Below, in pieces: positions 27,940 to 40,979 of a stretch of DNA of 64,000 nt. The DNA is from Tubulanus polymorphus (lineage: Eukaryota; Animalia; Nemertea). The DNA lies in contig NC_134035.1 of NCBI RefSeq assembly GCF_964204645.1, forward strand, positions 13,638,686 to 13,702,685, read 5' to 3'. The position numbers and the translations under genes are program-made. Each line of letters begins with the position of its first letter. Within the stretch, counting starts at the first letter, position 1. A model generated the notes under the pieces. It searched no databases. It was not told where the DNA came from and was given only the letters and a program-made list of their open reading frames with translations.

Positions 27940-28290
27940 TTGTTGAATTGATTATAGAACTAAAATGAGCTTAGACTGGTCTTAAGTTGTTAGATTGGTT
28001 ATAGAAGCAAAATGAGTTTAGACTGGTCTTAAGTTGTTAGATTGGTTATAGAAGCAAAATGAGCTTAGACTGGTCTTAAGTTGTTAGATTGGTTATAGAA
28101 CTAAAATGAGCTAAGACTGGTCTCAAGTTGTTAGATTGGTTATAGAACTAAAATTAGCTTAGACTGGTCTTAAGTTGTTAGATTGGTTATAGAACCAAAA
28201 TGAGCTTAGACTGGTCTTAAGTTGTTAGATTGGTTATAGAACCGAAATGAGCTTAGACTGGTCTTAACTTGTTAGAGTGGCTATCGTACA
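27940..28290. repeat. 47-bp satellite array (~7 copies), reverse complement of 13262-13860
   Basis: Unit taaaatgagcttagactggtcttaagttgttagattggttatagaac. Confidence 0.96.
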
Positions 28291-29984
28291 GACTAAGCTA
28301 TAACTATGGAACTGGTCCCCTGAATTTAGAAATGTCACTGAATGTTGCAGTCCTATAAATTATCATTATCGCATTGGTCAAAGTTTGAGTAATTGAGAAA
28401 TTGATGGCGTTAAAGCGTTAATAATGAGCTACATAATGAACTAATCAGTGTTATGTATATTGCTGACGCTGCCGCTGCTGCTGCTGCTGGTGCGGTTTCT
28501 ATTTTCTCGTCTGCTGAGCTGTGATTAGTTATATCGCACCCGTTAAGCGGTAAATTACGTGTTAAAACGATGACTGTTTAAACTCATTTATTTGACAGAT
28601 GAATGTTACACCTGAACACCTGTATATAGGTCTCTCTAGACACTCACAACACACGTGCACTTAATAAACTCTACATATTCAGATTATTAAAAAACCCTAG
28701 AAAGATTTCTAAGACACCGAAATGTCTTTTAATTTTTGATTTCAAATTCAATTTTCATCTTCGTAATCTTAGTTTTTTATTAAGTAGGTTTTTAATCGTA
28801 TTATCTTTTTTCCAATTCTGAGGTACAGGCAACTACTACACAGTTCCTCCTTGACCCTGTTCCACGGTTCACAGGATCCAGTTCCACGGTTCACAGGATC
28901 CAGTTCCACAGTTCATAGTATCCAGTTCCACAGTTCTGGAACCAATTCTACAGTTTTGAACCCACTTCTACGGTTACCGAACTCAGTTCCACCGTATCAA
29001 TTAGTATCTGTTTCTGTTCGAAAAAAGATATTGAATAATGCAGAATCGTAAATTCATTATTTTCGCGACCTAGATAATGCTGATTATTCAGGTTCTGTCA
29101 ATGGACATCAGTCAGGATCGCGTGATGAAAATGACCGGACCCCCGCGCGGGTTAAAGAGAGATACGACGATTGAAATCGTTTAAATGCGGTACTCAACGC
29201 GACCCGGCGGGGGGTATACAGCGGTATAATTAAACGGAAGCCCGTCAGCGTTCGCGCAGTACCGCGGTTTAACTACGACCTAGCAACCCTCCTACCCTCC
29301 CCGCTGACAGGTCCCGCTGTGACGGTAAAAAGATGTTTTCACGAAAAAACTTAATCTTCGCACTCACTTCAGTCGCGCTATTTACCGATATACGTCAGAC
29401 TAATTAGACACAGACAATGTTTGCATTACCCCCCAGAGTTAAACAGTTGATACTTCTCTTCCCCCTCTCCCTCCCCTCTCCCTCCCCTCACTCCCCTCAC
29501 CCTCCCCTCCATCCCCCATTTCAGAGTCTCACGAAGAAGTTGCATTTTGTAACAAAATAATCTATGCGTTTGTTTTGTAGTTGACTTTTGGAAAACAACA
29601 GTACAATCGAGATCATCATTCCCAGGCCTGCACATAACGCCCCCTACCGGACGGATTTAGATCTAGTCTGTCTCTTAACGTATTTCAAAATAACAAATTG
29701 TTGAAAATCCTCAGATAATTCAGGTTATTGAATATGTATTAGGTGTTTTGTGAAAGTGTGTTTTGGCTGTATTTATCTTTGCTTGCCGCATTTCATGGAC
29801 TTTTCTAAATTCCGATAAACTCCAAAACCGATATTCTTAAATTATGACACCTAAATGTGTAGAAAAACTAATTAAAACAAAACACTTAAAAATAACTAAA
29901 AAAAGCATCTAAAATTATCACGAATTTCTAGGACTACTATACAAATGCGCATGCGTAAGAGGAGAAATCAAGATGGCGTCTTAC

Positions 29985-30017
29985 CTCGCTTTGGACGACC
30001 TTTCTTTGGTTCCTCCT
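29985..30017 (-). CDS. Pax6: Pax6 33-nt symmetric (phase 1-1) micro-exon, (E)EEPKKGRPKR(G)
   Basis: Strong acceptor ttttcttttgcag and donor CGAG|GTAAGA. Length 33 nt, no stop, in frame between the MPSK exon and the paired exon. Confidence 0.65.
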
Positions 30018-31046
30018 CTGCAAAAGAAAATCCAATATCTCTAATGCAGGTGAATCCTTCAACATTTCCTATTCATATTCAACTTTCAATTTGCCCGTGT
30101 TGGTTATTCAAAAATTCGAGAAATATTTTTTAAAGAACTAAATCAAACGAATTAAGACGACAAAACTGATCGTGAGATTGATGAAAGTTTTTCAACATTT
30201 CCAAAATTCATCTTTCATTTTTAATTCGCCCGTTGGTCTTGAAATTTCGAGAAATACGCAATAAACTAAACCAAATCAAAACTAAATAAGAAAAACTTAT
30301 AAACTGTTCATGAGGACGTAATAAAAAAAAGTTTCAAAAGGGATTAATTATTTCTTTAATGTAAATCTAATCCGACCCGGCGACGAGTTAAACAAAGTTC
30401 ACTTTCCAGAATTCTAAACCAATTAAAACTCGCCGCGCGCGCTACCGGGATTTTCTAATATCTAAATGGCATTTTACGACGGCGTAAAAACCCCTCGCGG
30501 CTGGTTTGAAATCGTCTCCGTAAGACGAAGAAAAAGACGATATCTGATTTAAAATAAAACTTGGAAATTCTTCTTAAGGAGGAGACGCGATGGTGAAATA
30601 ATAGAACGATAAAAGTGCGCGCGCAGTAACGGCGGAGACGGTTTGATATATCTAATTAAACTGGAGATGTGTTTCTAAAATCGATCAATATCACGACTAA
30701 ATCTGTAATTTAAGATTATTAAATTTTCTCGCACTCTCTCGTCAGAAGCAGACGATCAGTCGGCAGTTCCACATTAGATCCGATTAAATTCTCGAATCGA
30801 GAGATTCCGGATCAAACCAGCATCGCCAGCATCATCTGAGAGAATCTTTTTTTTCAATTAGAAATCTAACGTTAACTCTATGCACTTCCAAACGAGTCGT
30901 TGAGACCCCCCCCCCCCCCGCGAAGATGGTCGCTTCATTAACAAAATGTTAATACATATTCAAAAATAAACATAGATTAAGCATTGAGGTGTAAAAGATG
31001 CCAGGAATAGGTTCAACAATTCCATCGGCGTGGCTTAACTCGGGCG

Positions 31047-31280
31047 TAACCCTAACCCTAGCAGGACTCGAACCTCGGACCAGCGGCATGCAAACTGAGC
31101 GTGCTAACCACTAGGCCACAAAGCTGAGGTGAATGATACAGTTTGGAAGTTTGTCTGGTCAGTGCGGGTGACCAGACTGCAGTCAGCTGTATTGGTGACC
31201 AGTCAGCGGTGGCGGTGACCGGTCAGCGGTGGCGGTGACCGGTCAGCGGTGGCGGTGACCGGTCAGGTGTGATCACTGGT
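31047..31280 (-). mobile_element. tRNA-related dispersed element (Pol III A/B boxes plus TTAGGG-like tail, ~20-bp subrepeats)
   Basis: Minus strand: TGGCCTAGTGG (A box) ... GGTTCGAGTCC (B box) then TGCTAGGGTTAGGGTTA. Adjacent ggtgaccggtcagcggtggc repeats. A second copy lies near 50.8 kb. Confidence 0.65.
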
Positions 31281-34200
31281 TGTCAATCATACCTCATTAC
31301 GCTCTGATTATTTGATTTTCTAATGCTTTAGAATTCTGATTAACCAAATAGGGACATTTTCCACAAAAAAAGGATGAAATCCGAAACATTTATTTTGGAA
31401 CTAAGTGGTAGGAATTTTAGTCGAGTCAGTTCTAAACTTTACTTAAGTCTCGCAGATGTAAAACATACACAGATAACTGCTTGAGATCTATCAAATAAAT
31501 TCCTTTCATAACGAATATCAGATAATAGTGAATAAACTCTGACTATCAATTCATACAAACATATTGAGTCTGTGATAATAAATATGGGAAAATAAGGATT
31601 ATAGGTAAAGGATAGGGGTCTATTCATCATCCTGGTCTAATTGTTATATAGACCATCAGCTATAGCGGCTGAACAGGACACATAGAGTTCACTGACACAA
31701 TAACATCTAAACATCCGATTGCGTTTAGACTTTTGTCGCTAATAATCCTTAAATTATAGTTAAACCTCTTGAAATAGAAATGAAGTTTCCTCGTGAAAGA
31801 AAGACGATTCAATACGACCCCATAGTCGAGACGTCTTTCCTTGAAATCAAATGAGGCCTAAAATCACTATTAAACGATTCTGTTGTTCATTTTGATGATT
31901 ATCCCCCCGAAATTGAGCCGGTTCCCCTCCCGAGGGATGACGGCGACGACGACGAGGGATCGGGGACAATTTTCGGATTATTTCGTAGAATGTTTTGTAT
32001 AGTTATAATAGTGGCTGATCCGTGCGCATCTCGCAGCCGCATTTTAATGATACCCCCGATGATATCGATTCAACCGCGTTGTTTATTTTAATTCGAATTA
32101 CGTGATTACAATACCTGATTATATAAAACGTTAAAACGGAACCGTTCTGAGCCTGTGTTACTATTGTATTACATAGAAAACTGATTCTTCTAATGTTGCG
32201 TCATTTAGATTATCATTAAATTCACATTTATTGCGAAGTTGCTATTTTTGTTTTCATACTTCGTTAAACGACTTTTTCCGCATAATTAGTTTTGAGAATT
32301 TTCACTTCATTAAAACGTCTCAATGACGTCACAATGTCCTAAATTTCACTCACTCTCATTCAGGCCCCAAGAAAATAATTTGATACGAATTTGGAGGAAA
32401 GTGCGGTGACGATATTTGGGAAATTATCAGCAGCTTCACGAAAATTCAATTTAAGGCCGTAGTTTTTTTGTGGACCAGAATCGAATGGCTTAAGATACTC
32501 TTGTCATCTGAACCCAGTTCGGCAAAACTGATGGTCAAAATTTAAGATTTCTATTAATATCTGTTAGATAGACTAGACAACTATAATATTACTTTAGAAT
32601 GGTCTTAAATCTAAGACCCGATTTTGTCCAGCAAAACTTTGATTTTTAGAGAAAAATCCCTAAATCATGTTCCAACCTAGTGGGTCAGTGTGACACGAAC
32701 TGTTCAATAGATTTCAGATAAAGTGAATTTCGAGGATGCAATAAGAAATTGAACCGATTAAAGAGTTTTTTTTCTGTAAAACTGGACGCAGCCTAGCTAT
32801 AATATCACCGCACATTAAACTCACATAGCGCGGTCTAGTCGAAGGAGTCTGTGGCAGGTAATGAGAATGTTAATAGTTATCATTTATATGATAAACTCAT
32901 CGTGTGTCTGGGGAAGAGTTGATAATCAACCCATCGCGTGTGTCACGTGTTACTGGTTTTTATCCGTTTACGAGTAGTCGTCTATTATTTCCTATAATAG
33001 CCCCCGTAATTGGAAACTGATTTGTGGACGCGACAGTCATCGTAAACGGTGATGACGTCATTATTATCGACTTATTAACGGCTGACTGGTAGCCATCTTG
33101 AATATCGTGATGTCAGTGTGTTTAGTTTGCTGACTTACGAAGGTAACGGTAAATTGATTTCAACATTTATGTAAATTCTAAGGTCTCAATGAAGCGACAT
33201 TGAAATCATAACTTGTGAGTCTAAAGGTACTTGGGAAGGACTTGGGGGGGGGGGGGTCAATTGCGAGGAGGGGTGCCGAGATCAACCCTAAAAATTCAAA
33301 AGAAAATACCAGCGATGCCCTATGGAAGCTGATAACTTTATAGAAATCTTTAAAAAGTTTCGGAGCCCGTGAATATTTTTATGCGGGTCCCACGAGGATT
33401 CAATTTCTACTTGTAGCTGTTAACTGGTGTAAGATCCAGCATCACTTTGAGCTGCAGCATTTTGACGACTCATCCACACCCAGCATCCCTCAGCATCTCG
33501 AGCTCGCCGTTAAAACTCTGAAGATACCGATCACGTACAATAAGCTCAGTTAATACCGTTTAAGCGTCCAATAGCTTTACTAATAATTAGCTGGGATTTC
33601 TGGCTGAGGCGAAATTAAAATGCATGAATCTGTGGAGACTGAGACTGAGACTGAGAGAGAGAGAGAGAGAGAGCGGGGAGAGAGGGAGTGAGAGGGGGAA
33701 GAGATAGGATCGTGGAGTGTGACAGTACACGAAGCGTGCCTAGAATACAGCAGCTAGCCGGTGATAGAAGGGAGGAGGGATGGGGGAGGGGGGCTGATGA
33801 TGGATAAGGGTTTAATTGATGAAACCATGTCTACTGTTTTTCGGTCACAGTGTTATTTCTGATTAACCGGTACCAGACAGTAGACAGCAGGGCAGGCATC
33901 AGACAGCAGACAGCAGGACAGCAGACACTGGACAGAACTAAGTTTGTCTCAGACAAATCTTGAATCTAAGCAATGACTGTTAAACTGCAGCCCTAGGTCA
34001 GGATCCAGTTCCATCTCGAGTTGAACTTTAACGATATGAGTTCATTTGCAATAGATTTTAACTGAGAATTATGGAAGTGTGGAAGTGTGGAATTGTGGAA
34101 TTGTTGAATTGTGGAATTGTGGAAACGGTTCCTGTGAACAAAAACCATATCGTACTATACTTTCAAGAAAAGTTTTAAAATTTGATATTTCAAGGTGATA

Positions 34201-35529
34201 ACAACTTCTCTACTTGTTTCTAAACTATATATCACGTGATTTTGAGATATCATATTACAACAGTTATAAAGCCTTTGATAGAATCTTACGCGACGAAATA
34301 AAACCGAAATCCGTTTATATGATTCCCTGTAATAAGACGGAACGCGATCATAAGCGCATATACGCGCGGAGAAGGGTTTTAAAAATAGGTCGCGATGGAG
34401 AAGTGTCGTAAAATCCAATAAACACGATATTTTGTAACTATGACTTTTTACAAGAAGGGGATATAGAGTATAAGCGGTTAGTAGGAGCGAGACGCCGCGG
34501 CGCCCTGGGGCAAACCTGGGCTTGAGAGAAACACCGTACACCACCGAACACAGATCTATCTACTTGTTCTGTCTTTGTAGGTACCGCCGTTTACAATTGG
34601 TCGAATTGGTTCAAACGGAACCGCGCACACCATGTAACCCGGTTCCGGGCCCTCGGGTTACTGCGTAGGGTCCACCATCACCGATCCCTTCTATTATACT
34701 CCGTTCCTATTTATTTGTGTCGGGTGTGTTTTTTGACGACGATACAGGATTTGAATTCGACTCGCATCCTACACCGACAACTGTTTACTAGGAAATGTTC
34801 AGGTTATCTTTTAAACTAAACTGAATTAATTGTTTAATTATGAATATTTAGAAATCTCTAAAATCTCTATTTTCGGCATAGCTAATATATCAAACCCATA
34901 CCGCTGGTACTGGGCCCAAACATGCTGGATAAACCGTCAAGTGCTATAGGCTCAGACAATATTGTGCCGGGTGCCACTGGTATAAGGACACCACAAGTGG
35001 CGTTAATGACCCAGCATCTTTACACTATCAATGAAATATTGTTTGAAAACTTTTAAACTGTTAAATCAGTTTCAAAATGTTATATATCTCTAGAGTGGAA
35101 TTTGAACCGCTGTATATAACTGGGAGACAGGATTATTAAGATATAAATCTGGGTCCACCAGTAGCAGCAGCAGCTGATGAACTAAGGTGTATAGTGAATT
35201 TACCGGTGTTGTATCAGTTCACTGTGGAACAGACGCCGCTCACTCGCTCATCTATAATACAATCTATTTATTATGAAAGCCAATTTTCAGCAGTAGAGCA
35301 CACCAGGAAACAAATTACAAAACAGTTAACTTTAGCTGCGGTTAAATAAATGTTCGCGGCGGGGGAGGCGTGAAAAAAATAACACTGCAGTTCCAGTGTG
35401 TGTGACAGACAGACAGACAGACATACAGATAGACAGACAGGTTATTGGTGCACCGTGACGTACCTACACAATAACTACCTATCTCTCTCTCAGAATCTGT
35501 GTTCAACCCTATTTCAGTCCACTATACCC

Positions 35530-35740
35530 ACTCAGTTCCACAGAGGACTCAGTTCCAGTTCTGGACCCAGTTCCAGTTCTGGATTGAGTTCCTCAGTTCA
35601 GAGTTCCACAGTTCTGGATCCAGTTTCACAGTTCTGGACCCAGTTTCACAGTTCTGGACTCAGTTCCACAGTTCTGGACCCGGTTCCGCAGTTCTGGACC
35701 CAGTTCCACCTCTGTACCCACGGCCACAGTTCCGGACCAC
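35530..35740. repeat. ~20-bp minisatellite cagttccacagttctggacc
   Basis: About 9 imperfect copies. Related arrays at 28850-28995, 55405-55530, 61600-61720 and 4755-4870. Confidence 0.88.
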
Positions 35741-36695
35741 GTTGTCGGTTATGAGTTTATTTCCAACTGAAGAATCCAATTCTAAACCTGTAACTGGTGT
35801 AATACTGATTCCTGACGAGTACAAGAATCAGTTTTTCTAATCAGACAGCGAGCAGAGTACGGGAGTGGATAGGAGGAGGTGTAAATCTACGCACGTAGAC
35901 ACGTGAAGAGATGGAATAGAGTATAGTTAGTCTCGACTGATGAGAGGGCGGACACCGGTAACCAGTCCTGATGTCGCGTGGAGTAGGCGTATACCGGTAA
36001 CCAGTCTATATCTCCTCTGACCCCCGAGAGAAAGAGCGACGCGATCTAGTTTTTACACGTGGAAGTAATTAATTCCAGAGATCAGACCAGATTCACTGTT
36101 ACATCCCTTTACACTAGACACAATGAATAGCACTAATTATACAGAGTTCTTCACTGAATTTCAATCTCGTGTTGTAGGACTGAGACAGAATCGTCACTGT
36201 ACGCATCTCTCGCGAGCTCAGCGGTTTTTAAGACCTCGCTGAGACTGATTGAATGTTTACAGTTTTTTCTTATGAAGAAATATTTCCACTAAATAAAAAC
36301 GTAAAACATTTACTTGATAAGTGAACCTACAATGGATGATGTCTGATAAACTCGTCAATGATTTAACTTGACCTCATCATCAGCGGTGATTTTATTGAAC
36401 CTAGAAAAATCTTTTATTCCTGTTTTCCTATGAAAATATCTTTTTTAGATGTTTCTGCTAAATTTCATCTTGAACTCAATTTCTGTCCTATTCAAAATAT
36501 CATATAGTTATCGGTCGTATGGCTAATTTCAGTGTAACGACTTATTCAAACGATGACTTACTGAATTACTAGATTGAATTAGAAATACAAATTGGGACTC
36601 AAAAATAGAGATGACTTCAATAATGCGTCAGCTTCTCAGATAACGACCCAAAATGAGTATTTGATATTTCGACGATATTTTCAAACTACTGCTAC

Positions 36696-36727
<32 letters not shown>

Positions 36728-36979
36728 CTGGATATTATGTGGTGACATTGAAACAAACATTATCCACTGTAGACAAACGACCGAACGATTGAAACTATCT
36801 GGATGAGATACTGTGTACCTCAATCAAAGATGAAAGCTTCGTACAATGAATCGTTTGCTTTTCTTCCACGGCGCGGTCGAAATAAAACAAAGCCAAAGGC
36901 GGAATAAGAGACACTGATTCAGCCCTGGTTCTTCACTACTGTTATAATACAGAATCATATAGATCTGTGGTCTGTATAT

Positions 36980-37370
36980 GGAGAGAGGGAGATGTAAGAT
37001 TCAGAGTTAAGGGTGATAGGGTGACTGAGGGCACGGTGTTGAGGAAGGGAAAGGGAGAGGGAGAGAGAGGGAGGGAGAGAGAGGGGAGAGAGAGAGGGGA
37101 GAGAGAGGAGAAAGAGAGAGGGGAGAGGGAGAGGGAGAGAGAAGAGGGAGAGGAGCGAGAGGGGAGAGAGAGAGGGGAGAGGGAGAGAGGGGAGAGAGAG
37201 GAGAAAGAGAGAGGGAAAGAGAGAGGGAGAGATAGGGGAGAGAGAAGGAGAGGGAGAGAGAAGAGGGAGGAAGAGAGAAGGGAGAGGGGGAGAGTGGAGA
37301 GGAGAAAGAGAGAGAGGGGGGAGAGAGAGAGAGAGAGCGGAGGGAGGGAGAGGGAGAGAGAAGAGAGACA
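36980..37370. repeat. Polypurine (GA-rich) low-complexity tract
   Basis: Almost pure G/A over 37040-37367. Similar tracts at 52995-53300 (CT), 54630-54920 (GA) and 57370-57740 (CT). Confidence 0.95.
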
Positions 37371-40300
37371 TTGTGACATTGCTTATAGATATTCATATTG
37401 TATCAGGGAACCATTGTTTCACAGTAGTTCATACAAATATAGGATCTTTACTTCACGTATATAACCGGCACATTCTTATTGAAATATTCATAACATATAA
37501 ATCATCATTATTATATCATCATCCGATGAATGAGAATTATAAACCCATCATCAAAACAAACGACAAACTATCAAAATATCTGTGAAATATCGGATATTTA
37601 CCAAGTGAGATTATCAAGAGAGCGAGGCACTTATGATTCGATATTTCTTACGTGAAATATCTGATATTTCTAAAATTGAATATCGTGAGATATCTTTCAC
37701 TTATCGGATCGAGATTTATGAATTGAGATTTCGAGTACACGGGACTCCGGTAGATCCCGCAATCCCTAATTCTACGGCATATGCATACGCATAGCCTTAT
37801 CGGTAAAATACCCTCCATCATCAACCATCACAGAATCATTCATCCCAATTATCCACTGCAACAATACGATGTTCAGTGAACTGGAATCCCGCCGTTAACC
37901 CTTTCCAAGCCGAACGCCGATTTCCGATTCATAAACTCGAAAATTATAATAACACAACATCTAAAATAACAGACAGAGACCGTCCCTCGCTTGCCCGTGC
38001 CCTGCCTCTCTCAGTCGATCAGTCAATTATTCTAATCTATAACAAGAAAAGCTTTCGAATGAATTTTTGAATGAATAAAGAAATGATTTTCAATCTCGAT
38101 TCTGAAGTGTCGAACTTCCTGGATATATCAGTCTCAATCTCGGGCATGAACCCAGGTCTCATGATATATCAGTCTCAATCTCGGGCATGAACCCAGGTCT
38201 CATGATATATCGACGGCGATGGTTTCATTTACCGCTGCTGGGACGAAACGACAGCCGCCGAGAGAGAGAGAAAATTGAGCGCGCATTTCTTTTGGTCAAA
38301 TTAACGCATGGACAATAGAAATTCATTTGAGTGGAAATCTTTTCAAATCGGGCCGCGAATATTTTGGGAGTAAACTCTTGAGAAAGTCGCTATAAATTCA
38401 TCAGCTTTGTATACCGGACGGTCTGACAGTCGGTCGGTCCTATACCCCGAGAGTCCCTGTCTCTCTGTGGGTCAGTCGGAAACTTGCACTTTTCTCATTA
38501 CGCGAATCATTCGAAGACACTTTCAATGAATGAAAAAAAGGAAATTACGTTAAAAAAAGTCCTAGCAACTCATCTGAAAGTTCACCCATTCCAAAGAATG
38601 CCAAGGTCAAGGTTGGCAACGTGATAATTAGGTTAATAATGTTATTAAATACCTTGGACACGAAACGTCGACCTCGAAAATTTCGACTCGAAAGTGAAAC
38701 ATTCGATTTCGATTCAGGACAAGTAGATGATACTACGAGAAAATAGTCACAATGGAGACTTTGGTTTTTACGGGTTTGAAATCTTTGAGTTGAATATAGA
38801 AAATCCCGTATTATAAGAGTGGAAAAAGTAGTCGAAATGTTTCCTTTTTTTGTGCAGGGAATTTCCTTACAATCGTCTCAGACACAGAATCAGAATAATC
38901 ATACTTATTCAATTAAAGGTCGTCAATATATCAGTAACTGGAGGAAATATTTCGGACTCGTTTTTGTTCAACAGTGATGCTGGGTTTTCTATATTATCGT
39001 CACAGACACAGACTCAGATTTTGTCATGAATGGTTTTATCTATGATGAGTTTTACTTCCAACAAATACCGCGAGAGTCCTTCAACTACGTGATATCTATT
39101 TCAATACGAGTAATATCTCTGATATAGTTTGATGAGTATAGTTGAAGATGGTCGCTATTTTTGCGTGAGAAAATCACGCACCACATTTGAGATTTTGAAT
39201 AGAATCGTGAGATTGAGTTTGTGAAGAGACACGAAGAGACTGTCTGTCTGACTGTCTGTCTGTCTGCCTGTCTATCTGTCTCTGTCCGAATATCTATTAA
39301 ATACACCTTGCGTTCAGTCAGTCTTTTGATGGATACGAAATAATAATTAATCGCGTCACATCACGACAATTAAACGTTTTAAGGCCAAATACAACGAATT
39401 TTACGTTTTGTTTACATTTCGCAATATACTCAGACTCTGTATACTATACTATAATCAGAGTTCAATGAGACAATCTGAAATCTGTTTATTAGAAACATAA
39501 TTTCTGATGATGTGCATTTTCTCATTTCAGGATGAGAATTGAGTTTGTTTCGTTATCGCTGTTTGCATACTGCCTAAACTCCCCTTCGAAAAATAACAAT
39601 TCACTTTGATAAACTTTCATGAATTTAGATTGTCCGAATTTAGACAATCCGATAGAGATTGTCTAATAAGTTGACCTTAACTTTCCTCCGTAAGAAAACA
39701 AGTCACTTTAATGAAAAATAATAAATAGAAAAATAATTAACTTGCACCCTGTGTCTGACGAGGGGGAAATTGTAACTCTCGTAAGTGTTTGCAACAATAG
39801 ATAAATTCACTCATTAGAAAATTAAATTTGTACCGTTTTTGCTATCATGGATTTTCAACTTAAAGATTTTCAGGATTCAGACTTGAATCCAAGATCGAGG
39901 ATTGTCTGATGACAGTGATTTCAGATGGAGTTCATATTTCAAATTCTCGTGGCCTGAAATAAGACCGAGCTATTATCACTCAGTTTAGGACCGTGTCACG
40001 CGGAAAACTCATAAATCGCCATAAAATCTCGGCGATTTCTACCCGGAAAACATTTTCTCAAGTATTCGCTGTTGTATTTCCCGACATTAAACCACACTAA
40101 GGGTCAGCGTCGACCTGCCCTATCTATGTTAACCGACCTGACTTTTGTTTGTCGGTCGACGATTTTTAGAATTTTCTACATATGGCCGGGTATTATAGAC
40201 GGCTAGAGAGCTCGGGGAGAGAGAGAGAGCGGTCTGGATGGTAATGTTTAAATAAGACTTGTTAATTTCCGCAGTTTTGAGCAAAGAAGTTTAATGATAC

Positions 40301-40966
40301 CGCATCGTACCACGACACGAGATGAGGGGAATCTGTACAGTTTACATACATCAGGTGCGAATCAATCTCGAGTAGAAAAGTAGACATTATTACCCGGAAT
40401 GTATGTTTTTTTACGGATATATATTTTGCGTTTATTGAAAATCTGAGAGAGAATCATTTTACAAATAGTTTCAATTTCGATCATGCATTTCATATTTAGC
40501 TAGAAATCTTTCTAAAATAATATTTGAAATGATTTCTAGGGTCGATATGGGACCTGCACGATGAGTTAGCTAATATCTAACCCAGGTCCCAGTTACACAG
40601 TTACTCGTGAGTAAGATTCGATTCTCAAAACGTGAGTAATACACGACAAGTCGGGGTCAATGTCAGTCGAGGTTAAATTAAGATGCGTTTTCGGAGAAGT
40701 CGGACTATCTTGAGTCATGGTTTAACCGAGAATGATATCGCGGAAGTCAATTAGTTGTAAATTGTTTAGTTCGATTTCAATTACTTAACTTGAAGGGTCA
40801 ATCACAAGAACTTATCGGTGCCGTTGAACCGGGGTACCCAGCGGGATACAAGTCGTCATCAGACTATGACACGAAATGTTTACCAGCACGATGAATATAT
40901 AATTCTGATGAGGTATGTGAATAATGATAAAGAAATATTACTAAATAAATATAGATATTATTTTAC

Positions 40967-40979
40967 CTTTAGAAGGCAT
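40967..40979 (-). CDS. Pax6: Pax6 initiator coding segment (ATG CCT TCT AAA G = MPSK, phase 1) at the 3' end of an exon spanning 40967-41185
   Basis: On the minus strand: acceptor ttctgtttattttcag ending at 41186, about 206 nt of ATG-free leader, caactATG (A at -3), then donor G|GTAAAA. The phase-1 end matches the paired exon. MPSK-G-HSGVNQ resembles the short MPHKGHSGVNQ-type N-termini of protostome Pax6. Confidence 0.75.

Noticed and set aside
31055-31125. Functional tRNA gene
   Set aside because: The anticodon arm does not pair and the T and acceptor stems are weak; it is treated as a tRNA-derived repeat.
36942-37464. Long ORFs rich in S/L/P or E/R/G (also 52947-53318, 54560-54923, 57297-57786)
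   Set aside because: Translations of GA/CT low-complexity tracts.
38142-38210. Short direct duplications (also 52597-52704 and 56360-56560)
   Set aside because: Ordinary local tandem duplications with no further structure.
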